Program-made: the position numbers and the translations under genes
Shown here: positions 49,138 through 57,927 of the stretch, in pieces
Layout: every line of letters starts with the position of its first letter
Numbering within the stretch: position 1 is the first letter of the stretch
Notes under the pieces: generated by a model
What the model was told of the DNA's origin: nothing
Database searches by the model: none
The model's input: only the letters and a program-made list of their open reading frames with translations
NCBI GenBank assembly: GCA_963762145.1
Contig: CAVXJS010000015.1
Coordinates: forward strand, 192,001 to 256,000
Direction: 5' to 3'
Length of the DNA: 64,000 nt
From: an uncultured Candidatus Rokubacteria bacterium
GTDB lineage: Bacteria > Methylomirabilota > Methylomirabilia > Rokubacteriales > CSP1-6

Positions 49138-50976
49138 TTAAGCGCCGTCGGCGGCGGCGGGCAGTTCCACGATGGAGGCCGGGCCGTTTGCACTGGGCTT
49201 TACCATGAGCCGGCGCGCATGGAAGGGACCCAGGGTCGCCCGATGGCCGATGCTGAATACCATCGTCTCCGAGAGCCGCTCACGCACCAGCCGATAGAGG
49301 CGCGCCTCCGTCGCCTCGTCCACCGCCGAGGTCGCCTCGTCGAGAAAGAGCCAGTCGGGCTTCTGGACCAGGGCCCGCGCGAAGGCCATGCGCTGCTGCT
49401 CGCCGGGAGAGAGCTGGAGCGCCCAGTGGGCGGACTCGTCGAGGCGCCCGGTGAGGTCCTTGAGGTCCACGGCCTCGAGCGCGTCACGCAGCGTCTTGTC
49501 ATCCACACCGCCCGCGGGCATCGGATAGCTCACCACGTCCCGGAGCACCCCGATCGGCAGATACGGCCGCTGCGGGAGAAAGAGGACGCGGGCACCCTGC
49601 GGCACGTGGATGTCGCCACGCCCGAACGGCCAGATGCCGGCGATGGCACGGACGAGGGTGCTCTTCCCCGAGCCCGACGCGCCACCCAGGAGCACGGTGT
49701 CCCCTTGCCGGAGCGAGAGGTTGATGTTCGCCATGAGCGGCTGGCCACCGGGTAGATCGAGATCGACCCCTTCCACGGTCAGCTGAGTGGGGCGTCCGGC
49801 GGCAACCCGGACACCGCTCTCGGTCGACTGCCGGCGCACCTGCTCGAGCGCCCGATCGAAGCCGGCGAGTCGCTCGACCACGGCACTCCAGGACGCGATC
49901 TCCTTGTATGACTGGATGAAGAAGCTGAGCGCATCCTGCACCTGCTGGAAGGCCTGGGTCGTCTGCATGAGGCCGCCGAGGCCGATCTCACCCCGGAAGT
50001 AGCGGGGCGCCGCGACAATCGACGGGACAATCCACGCCCCCAGTCCGTAGGCGTTCGTGAAGTAGGCCATCCGCTTCTGCCGGCGCATGATGTCCCACCA
50101 GTTGCCCACCACATCCTCGAACCGTTCGCGAAAGCCACGGAACTCGTCCGGCTCGCCGCGGTACAGGGCCACCCCCTCGGTGTTCTCGCGGAAGCGGACG
50201 AGGCTGAACCGGAAGTCGGCTTCGTACCGCTGCTTGTCGAAGTTCAGCCGGACCAGCGGGCGGCCGAGCCAGTCGGTCAGCCAGGTGCCGGCGATCGCGT
50301 ACAGAACGGCCACCCAGACTATGTAGCCGGGAATCGTGAGAGAGAACCCGCCCATCGGAATGGTGAACGTTCCGGACAACCCCCAGAGGATCGCCACGAA
50401 GGTCACCAGCGTGACGATCGCGCGCAAGCCCCCGGTGAAGAGGCCGAGAGTCTGGGCGGCGAGAAGGTGCACGTCTTCCGCGATGCGCTGGTCCGGGTTA
50501 TCGGTCTCCCGCGCCACGAGCTGCATCCGGTAGTAGGCGCCATCGGCCAGCCAGGCGCGGAGGTAACGGTCGGTCAGCCAGCGTCGCCAGCGGATCTCGA
50601 GCATCTGGTTGAGATACACCTGGTAGACGGCGAGGACGATGAAGATGCCGATCAGCCACGTGACGCGCAACAGCTGCCCGCGAAAGGCCACCAGGTCCTT
50701 GTCCTGGAGCGCGCTGTAGAAGGCGTTGTTCCACTGATTCAAGAGAACCGTGAGGTAGACCATGCCGAGCGTGAGCAGCACGACGGCGAGCAGGAGCCCC
50801 CGGGCGGCCCACCGGTCCTCCGAGAACCAGTACGGGCCGATCAGGGCCCATCCGTTGGAGAGGGTTCGGCGCAGATTGATCCTGGCCGGACCGTCGGAGG
50901 GCTTGGGGGGAGCGGTCCCCGGGCCAGAGCTCCGGGGCTCCTCGTCGCGACCCCGATTCCTACGCCCGAGCCGCAA
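49138..50976 (-). CDS. ABCD/YddA/BclA-family ABC transporter (permease + ATPase)
   Basis: DNPDQRIAED, EADFRFSLVRFRENTE (EAA-like), GASGSGKST, LSPGEQQR, LDEATSA. Confidence 0.92.
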   Translation of the reverse strand: MRLGRRNRGRDEEPRSSGPGTAPPKPSDGPARINLRRTLSNGWALIGPYWFSEDRWAARGLLLAVVLLTLGMVYLTVLLNQWNNAFYSALQDKDLVAFRGQLLRVTWLIGIFIVLAVYQVYLNQMLEIRWRRWLTDRYLRAWLADGAYYRMQLVARETDNPDQRIAEDVHLLAAQTLGLFTGGLRAIVTLVTFVAILWGLSGTFTIPMGGFSLTIPGYIVWVAVLYAIAGTWLTDWLGRPLVRLNFDKQRYEADFRFSLVRFRENTEGVALYRGEPDEFRGFRERFEDVVGNWWDIMRRQKRMAYFTNAYGLGAWIVPSIVAAPRYFRGEIGLGGLMQTTQAFQQVQDALSFFIQSYKEIASWSAVVERLAGFDRALEQVRRQSTESGVRVAAGRPTQLTVEGVDLDLPGGQPLMANINLSLRQGDTVLLGGASGSGKSTLVRAIAGIWPFGRGDIHVPQGARVLFLPQRPYLPIGVLRDVVSYPMPAGGVDDKTLRDALEAVDLKDLTGRLDESAHWALQLSPGEQQRMAFARALVQKPDWLFLDEATSAVDEATEARLYRLVRERLSETMVFSIGHRATLGPFHARRLMVKPSANGPASIVELPAAADGA

Positions 50977-51239
50977 CCTGAGACTCCGTTTGTTGCGTCT
51001 CCGACCCGCGGCTCTCGCGCTTGAAGCGAGAGCGCTGCGTCAGAGCGATCCTACCGCGGCTTCGCCGTGGCGGGGAGCCGTCGAAGGGCATTCGCTTGAA
51101 AGACCGGGTGGCAATGATCCATAGTGTGATCTCACGTGGTGATTTTACAGGACTCGTCGGGGAATACCCGAGAAGGAAGCGCCGGCCAGGGCGGCGGGGG
51201 CTACCAGCACGGCCAAGCCCAGACGACGGAGAGACAGTG

Positions 51240-52071
51240 ATGCGCCAACGGTTACTCGTGCTGCTCGGACGCATGCGGCGGGGAGCCCCGCACGTGTTGG
51301 GCTCGGCGTCGCTTCTCATGAGCCTTTCGTGGGTGGTCGTCGGGTGCGCGAGCACCTCGCTGATACCGGAGACGCAGGCGGGGGCCATCAAGGACCGCGA
51401 CCGAGCTCTCGCGTCTCACGCCGCCGCCATCCACGCGGCCATCGGCCAATCCGGCAACCTGGGAGCCCTGGCGTTTCTCGACGCCAAGGATGGTCGCCTG
51501 GTCGTCCTGCCTGGCGACGGCCCGGCCGATGCCTGGTCGCGTTACATGGCGTCGCCGGAGGGCGAGGCAGGTCGCGCGGCGGTGCCCCCGGTGCTCACCT
51601 TCGTACATCGAGCGGACGTACCCAAGGCTCCCGAGACCGTGACCCGGAGTGCCCTGCAACAACAGCAGGCCCTGGCCGCTCTGGGAACCGAGCTCCGCGA
51701 CGCGCACCGGCGCCTCGAGGAGCAAGTGGCCATCGTACAGCGCGAGCTCGCGGCGTCGATGGCGGTGACGAAGCAGGAGGCGGCCGCACGCGCGGACATG
51801 CAGACCGCCTTGACCTCGCTCGTCCGAGGAGCTGGCGACGGTTCGTAAGTTCATGCTGCAGACGGCCCAGCTCGGCTGGCTCAATCACGAGCTGAATGTC
51901 GAGAACGCGAGCGGCATCGGGAAGGTGGCGACGGCCAGCCAGGAGCTGTCCGCCAGCTCGGAACGGCTGGAAGAGACCTTGCGACAGCTCTCGAAGAGTC
52001 TGGCCGGGCAGCTCAAGGATCTGGCGAACCGGCTCGACACCATCCAGGGCAAGGTCAGTAGCCTCAAGTGA
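51240..52071 (+). CDS. Lipoprotein with C-terminal coiled coil; one apparent +1 frameshift near 51822
   Basis: Lipobox VVGC; frame continues as SEELATVRKFMLQTAQ... after one extra base. Confidence 0.6.
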
Positions 52072-52727
52072 GGCGGGCGATGCGCGAGAGCGGCACCGGG
52101 AGGCAATGGCTCCAGGCCCTGATGGCCTGCCTTCTGCTATCGCTGACCACGGTCCCGGACGGGCGCGCCGGCGAGTGGGAGGACATGCGTGAGAGCTACG
52201 ACAACAAGCTGAAGGCTCATGCCAAGCGGATCGCCGAGATCGAGGCAAGGGAGCGTGGGATCGCGGATCAGGAGAAGCGCGCGGAGAAGATCACGCGAGA
52301 TCGGATCTCCGGAATCAAGGGCTCCCTGAAGGGCGGCGGCGGCAAGGCCAGGAGCCTGGCCGGCACCGCCGAGCGGGCGCCCCGTGACGCGAAGGCATTG
52401 ATCGACGTGTCCAGAGAGCAGGGCGAGTATCTTGACATCGTCATGAGCGAGTGGCGAGCGGACGGGACGGAGCGGAGAAAGCTCCGCGGGTCAATCGCGA
52501 CCCTGCCGAAGAACCTCGAGCATGTCAGCGCGAACCAGGCGAGGGCGACCGAGGTTGCGGAGGCCACGAGCAGGCTCGTGCCGGAGTCAGGCCTTCCCGA
52601 GAAGGTCGGCCGGATCGAAGCCGCGGAGAAAGAGCGGACGAGATGGCTGCGCGAGCAGGCCGCGCTGGAGCGAGAGCGCCAGATGAGAGAGCGCAGCGCC
52701 GCCGAGCGCGAGCGGGGCGTGCGGTGA
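52068..52727 (+). CDS. Secreted charged coiled-coil hypothetical protein
   Basis: Signal peptide ending GRA-GE; Glu/Arg/Lys heptads; GTGA overlap. Confidence 0.6.
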   Translation: MRRAMRESGTGRQWLQALMACLLLSLTTVPDGRAGEWEDMRESYDNKLKAHAKRIAEIEARERGIADQEKRAEKITRDRISGIKGSLKGGGGKARSLAGTAERAPRDAKALIDVSREQGEYLDIVMSEWRADGTERRKLRGSIATLPKNLEHVSANQARATEVAEATSRLVPESGLPEKVGRIEAAEKERTRWLREQAALERERQMRERSAAERERGVR

Positions 52728-52731
52728 GGCC

Positions 52732-54639
52732 CTAGAGCGCGAGCTGGCCGCCGACGACCCGCGCGTAGTAGCCCTGCTCGGCGATGAGGTCGTCGGGGGC
52801 GCCCATCTCGGTCAGGCGGCCGTTGTCCACGACCAGGATCTTGTCGACCCGCCGGATCGTGCTGAGCCGGTGGGCGACCATCAACGTCGTGCGCCCGCGC
52901 ATCAGCGCGAAGAGGCTGGCCACGACCTGGGATTCGCTCTCCACGTCGAGCGCGCTCGTCGGCTCGTCCATCAACAAGATGGGCGCGTCCTTCAGGAACG
53001 CGCGGGCCAGGTTGATCCGCTGCTTCTCCCCGACACTCAGGCGCGCGCCCCCGTCCCCGATGACCGTTCGATAGTGCTGGGGCAGCTTCTCGATGAGCTG
53101 CGCGGCGCCGGCGGCGTGCGCGGCGGCCTCGATCTCCTCCATCGTCGCCTGGGGCTTCCCGTAGGAAATGTTCTCGGCAACGGTGGTGGGCAGGATGATC
53201 GGCTCCTGCAGGACCAGGGCGATCTGAGCTCGCAGGTCCTCCAGACGGAGATCGCGCAGGTCCACGCCTTCCAGCAGCACGGCGCCGCTCACGGGGTCGA
53301 AGAAGCGCGGCAGCAGGTTCAACAGCGTCGTCTTGCCGGCCCCGCTCGGGCCGATGATGGCCGCCGACGTGCCCGCCAGAAGCTTGAAGCTGATCTGGCG
53401 AAGCACCGGCCGCGAGCTCTCGTACCCGAAGGAGACGTCGTCGTAGGTGACATTGCCGTAGGCCGGGAGTGGCGGGCCCGGGGACCCGGCGGGCGCGCCT
53501 CCAGCGAACATGCTGTCGGCTGACGTGGGCAATCCCGCCGTCCCGTCGAGGTCCCGACCTGGGCAGACCGCCCGCGCCCCCGCACGGTCCTTCACCTCCT
53601 CGGACGTGTCCAGGATCTCGAACACCCGCCGGGTGCTCGCGCTGGCGCTGGACAGCGTGGCGCCGACATGCGAAAGCTGATGGAGCGGGTCGAAGAGCTG
53701 GGCGACGTAGGCGAGAAAAACAAGCAGCTCCCCCACCGTCAGGTTTGAGGCCAGCACCTGCTGGGCGCCCACCCACGTCACCCCGAGCGTGCACGCGCTC
53801 AGGATCACCGAGATAGAGCCCCAGTAGAAGACCTCGAGACCCTGCTGCGCCATCTTCTGCTGCCGCGCCGCTTCGGTATGCGTCATGAAGCGCACGTGCT
53901 CGTGCTGCTCGCGCGCGTGGCTCTGAATAAGTGGCAGGGCGGTAATTCCCTGATGAATGAGTGCGTAGACCTTTCCCTCCGCTTGTTGAGCGGCAGTGCC
54001 CCGCACTCGCATCGCGCGCCCAAAGACCTTGATCGACAATAACAGGATCGGCACCGCGACCAGGGCCACTGCGGCGAGGCGCAGGTTTAGCTGGACCATC
54101 GCCACTGCCATGAACAGGAGCGTGCCGGTGGCACTGATGAAGGGCAGTAGCCCTTGCAGCAACAGGGTCTGAAAGGCGCACGTGTCCGTCCCGGCCCGGA
54201 AGATGATATCTCCCGCTTCGGTCCCGTGGTGGTAGCGGAGCGAGAGCCGCTGGAGCCAACCGAAGACCTCATCGCGGACCCGTCGCAGGCCCCGCAACCC
54301 CACGCCGATCGAGAGGTACGCGTGCCCGGCACATGCGGCCGCGTGGACTAGATGAAGCGCCAGCGAGGCCGCGACGATGGCAGTCAACTGGGCGGGCTGT
54401 CCCCAGGTCCGCGCCAGATCCGGCAGCCAGGTAGGGTACGGCTTGCTCCCGAGGATGCTGTCGACCAGGAGTGCCACGGGCCAGGGCTTGAGCAGATTGA
54501 GACCTATACTGAGGAGCAACAACCCTAAGCTGAGAGCTATCCGGGCGGAGTCAGGCCGAAAGTAGCCCAGCGCTCGGAAAAACCGGCGCAAGCACCCGAC
54601 AGAGGACCTGAGATCGCGCGTCAGCTCGGCAGTTCCCAT
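52732..54639 (-). CDS. ABC exporter (permease + ATPase, LLKPWP subfamily), paralog of the 20243 gene
   Basis: [41 protein letters not shown]. Confidence 0.92.
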   Translation of the reverse strand: MGTAELTRDLRSSVGCLRRFFRALGYFRPDSARIALSLGLLLLSIGLNLLKPWPVALLVDSILGSKPYPTWLPDLARTWGQPAQLTAIVAASLALHLVHAAACAGHAYLSIGVGLRGLRRVRDEVFGWLQRLSLRYHHGTEAGDIIFRAGTDTCAFQTLLLQGLLPFISATGTLLFMAVAMVQLNLRLAAVALVAVPILLLSIKVFGRAMRVRGTAAQQAEGKVYALIHQGITALPLIQSHAREQHEHVRFMTHTEAARQQKMAQQGLEVFYWGSISVILSACTLGVTWVGAQQVLASNLTVGELLVFLAYVAQLFDPLHQLSHVGATLSSASASTRRVFEILDTSEEVKDRAGARAVCPGRDLDGTAGLPTSADSMFAGGAPAGSPGPPLPAYGNVTYDDVSFGYESSRPVLRQISFKLLAGTSAAIIGPSGAGKTTLLNLLPRFFDPVSGAVLLEGVDLRDLRLEDLRAQIALVLQEPIILPTTVAENISYGKPQATMEEIEAAAHAAGAAQLIEKLPQHYRTVIGDGGARLSVGEKQRINLARAFLKDAPILLMDEPTSALDVESESQVVASLFALMRGRTTLMVAHRLSTIRRVDKILVVDNGRLTEMGAPDDLIAEQGYYARVVGGQLAL

Positions 54640-54658
54640 GGAGACAATCCGCCGAGTA

Positions 54659-54674
54659 CGCAATCCACGTGCCA
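54659..54674 (-). promoter_or_regulatory. sigma54 -24/-12 promoter for the ABC exporter
   Basis: Minus strand TGGCAC-GTGGA-TTGCG; GTGTA-AATCC-TACAC palindrome at 54767-54781. Confidence 0.75.
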
Positions 54675-54909
54675 CCCAAGTCTCGTGAAGGTTGTCAGGC
54701 AAGCCCTTGAACCTATTCCATTCTCGCCGTCCGGAGGTCCGCTGTCCCGGTGTGAAAAGGAATGACGTGTAAATCCTACACTATCGATTGTGTAGACCCG
54801 GGGACCGCCAAGAACGCCACCAGAACAGCGTACTGAGAAGGGTTCTACTTTTGCCTCGGACCGGGGCCTTCCGCTGCCCTCCCGGTGCCCACTCCCTAGC
54901 TCCCAGACG

Positions 54910-55146
54910 CTAGGTAAGAACGCGTCGCCGCCTGTCCGATTCGGATAGCCACATACGATAGCAGTCCTCATGAACCGGCACCGTCCCGGTCCCGCGCGGC
55001 ACCGGCAAATCATACTGAATACCCTGCACGCTGATGCGGAGGCGGCATACTGCACAAGGCTTGACCGCGCCGTGTCCAAACCAGACCGGCGCGGCTTCCA
55101 GCAGCCATAGCCGCCCCTCGTCCAAGCCGTCCCTCACGAGCTGCAA
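54910..55146 (-). CDS. Small CxxC...HxxC zinc-finger-like protein (start uncertain)
   Basis: WFGHG..KPCAVC..I...QYD...VHEDCYRMW pattern. Confidence 0.55.
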   Translation of the reverse strand: MQLVRDGLDEGRLWLLEAAPVWFGHGAVKPCAVCRLRISVQGIQYDLPVPRGTGTVPVHEDCYRMWLSESDRRRRVLT

Positions 55147-55508
55147 AATGGACGGCTGCCGAGTCGAGTCCTCTGGGTTGCGCCGCGACCGAGGAGAGGG
55201 ATGAGGCAAGGATGCCCTCCGGGAGGGCCCTTCTGCCTCTCCTCAGAGGGCGGAGGGTGAGTATAGAGGGCGGCGGACGGGATATGCAACCGCGTTAGTC
55301 CGCTTCCCCTTCCACCACGATCAACCGCCAGCGGCCGTCAGCGTCCGGCTTTCTCGCCCACACCGCGGACACGGACACTTGGCGCGCGGCCGGCCGAGTG
55401 GTCACGTTGCAATTCGTTCCGGGAACTTTTTCACCGCGGCCCCCGCATTTCAAGGAGTGAGTTGCTCTCGCGTGCCGAGTTGGGGCCCCAAGGTCTCTTT
55501 TCATCGGA

Positions 55509-55524
55509 TGGCACGTGCCTTGCG
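55509..55524 (+). promoter_or_regulatory. sigma54 -24/-12 promoter
   Basis: TGGCAC-GTGCC-TTGCG, about 68 nt before the ATG at 55592. Confidence 0.75.
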
Positions 55525-55591
55525 ACTCTCAGATTAATTCCCGTTCTGCGCGCCGCGTCTAACACATCGCACCGGATAAGGAGGAGACGAC

Positions 55592-55987
55592 ATGGGAAGG
55601 GAATTCGCCGACGTGGGACATCGAGTCGATGAACGTGGTCTGGCAACGGACATCAATCACGCCGTTACAGGCACCGGACAGGTCGGAAGGACCATTGGTG
55701 CGGAGTTCGGTGAAGCTTACCGGTTCCTCATGAGAGGCTGCGGCCGCGGCTGGCAACGGATGCAAAACCAAACTGATGAGGTCATTGGCTATGCTCGGAG
55801 GGAGCCAGTGACTGCTATGACGGCTGCGGCGAGCGTCGGGTTCCTCGTCGGTCTTGCTGCCTTGGCGCTAGGCTCACGCGCCAGCAGTGGCGGAGGGAGA
55901 GCTTGGCTGCCGCAGTTGAATTCGCGACGGAGCTTCCTCGGCAGGCGCGCCGGATCGGGTTGGCGAGGGCTCCTGGGACACTCCTAA
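55592..55987 (+). CDS. DUF883/ElaB/YqjD-like tail-anchored membrane protein
   Basis: GAGGAG RBS; YARREPVTAMTAAASVGFLVG motif. Confidence 0.65.
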   Translation: MGREFADVGHRVDERGLATDINHAVTGTGQVGRTIGAEFGEAYRFLMRGCGRGWQRMQNQTDEVIGYARREPVTAMTAAASVGFLVGLAALALGSRASSGGGRAWLPQLNSRRSFLGRRAGSGWRGLLGHS

Positions 55988-56136
55988 GTCGCGGCCGAGC
56001 GTGGCGAGGCGCTCGGCAATCGCCCGAAGGGGATGAGCCACCCTCTGGAGGCTGCCCCTTCGGGCTCTATTATCGCGTATCGCGCTAAACGCTAGCGTAA
56101 TGCCGTTGCTCACTCACGGCGTGTCTCGATAGGGCG

Positions 56137-56601
56137 CTACCCAGTGGGATGAAGCTCGCCGGGTTTGCGCATCATCTTATCGACCTCCGCGATATGCTGC
56201 TCCTCGAGCGTGATTTGCTCCCGAGCGTATTCTTCAAGCCACACGTTCTTGTCTACTACGAGCGCGAGCAGGTTGTAGTACTCGCGGAGTGTAGCGCGCT
56301 CGTGATCCAGCGCTTCACCCAGAATCTGAGTGATGTCATGTTTGTGGGACTCGACCAGTTTGCCGATGTTGAGAGAAGGATGGCCACCAAGCGACGTGAC
56401 ATGTTCGCCGGCCATGGCCGCATGGTTCATGCCTTCTGTGGCTTGGTTGCGCATCCAGCTGATGATCGGAATGCGCGCGTGGCCGAAAACCATCAGAGAA
56501 TAATGTAGATAGCGCACCACGCCAGCGAGCTCGAGCTCCAGGATGGTATTGAGACTACCGATGACTTTCTCGGAATCGATCTTGTCGCGATCACTGCGCA
56601 T
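56137..56601 (-). CDS. Bacterioferritin-like (ferritin superfamily) protein
   Basis: LNTILELELAGV, EGMNHA, LGGHP, ALDHE, EEQH; AAGGAGG RBS. Confidence 0.88.
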   Translation of the reverse strand: MRSDRDKIDSEKVIGSLNTILELELAGVVRYLHYSLMVFGHARIPIISWMRNQATEGMNHAAMAGEHVTSLGGHPSLNIGKLVESHKHDITQILGEALDHERATLREYYNLLALVVDKNVWLEEYAREQITLEEQHIAEVDKMMRKPGELHPTG

Positions 56602-56872
56602 GGTGTCCTCCTTGGTCGCGGCTTCTCCCAAGAGTACCTCTCTGGCGAGCCGAGCGCACCGTTGGTTGTCAGGAGAAGCGTTTCGGGGACTCCGTGTGGT
56701 TTCACCTCCACTGGGTGAGGTGCCCAGAAGCAGGGACGCGATGATGATCCTCCGCGCTGTTGTTCTGTTCCGGAGGCACCTCGCGGGGCTTACTTGCTCT
56801 CCTCGTTGTCACTGCCGGATGCGGCACCGGCAGCCTGATCCTGTGGAACCCTCGCACCGGCCTACGCAATGG

Positions 56873-57469
<597 letters not shown>

Positions 57470-57927
57470 CCCGACGCCCTCAAGTCCCCCAAGGACTTGC
57501 GGTGACGAGGGTTGCAAGGCGCGGCAAACCGGGGCAGCAGACGCAACCCAGGCGCAACCGCCATCCGTGGATTCCTCGGCACCCCTCCCCCACCCGCCAA
57601 CCGATCGAGGCGCGCCGGAGTCACCCCCTGAACACGGGCTGGTGCATTGGCTACCTTGCCCTCGTCTCCTCACCCTCCCAAAGATCCCCAACCGAATCCA
57701 ACCCGGGCTGACGGGATCTGCTGAGCAGGATGGGTCGCCGATTTGCCGTGGATAGGATCAGATCGTCGCACCCCGGAGAACATGACCCCATTTCGCCGCC
57801 AAGACCCGGCAAAAGATGACGGCTAAACAACGGTTCCCGGCCGTCCTTGACCCCTCTAGTTCCCCAGACTAAGCTCGCCGCACCTGTCCGACCGTTTGCG
57901 GCTCGGCTCGCAGGGAGGCGCTCCAGC

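Noticed and set aside
55210-55260. Paired GC hairpins (GCCCTC-CGG-GAGGGC and neighbours)
   Set aside because: Single occurrence, no U-tract or recognisable RNA family; plausible by chance at this GC content
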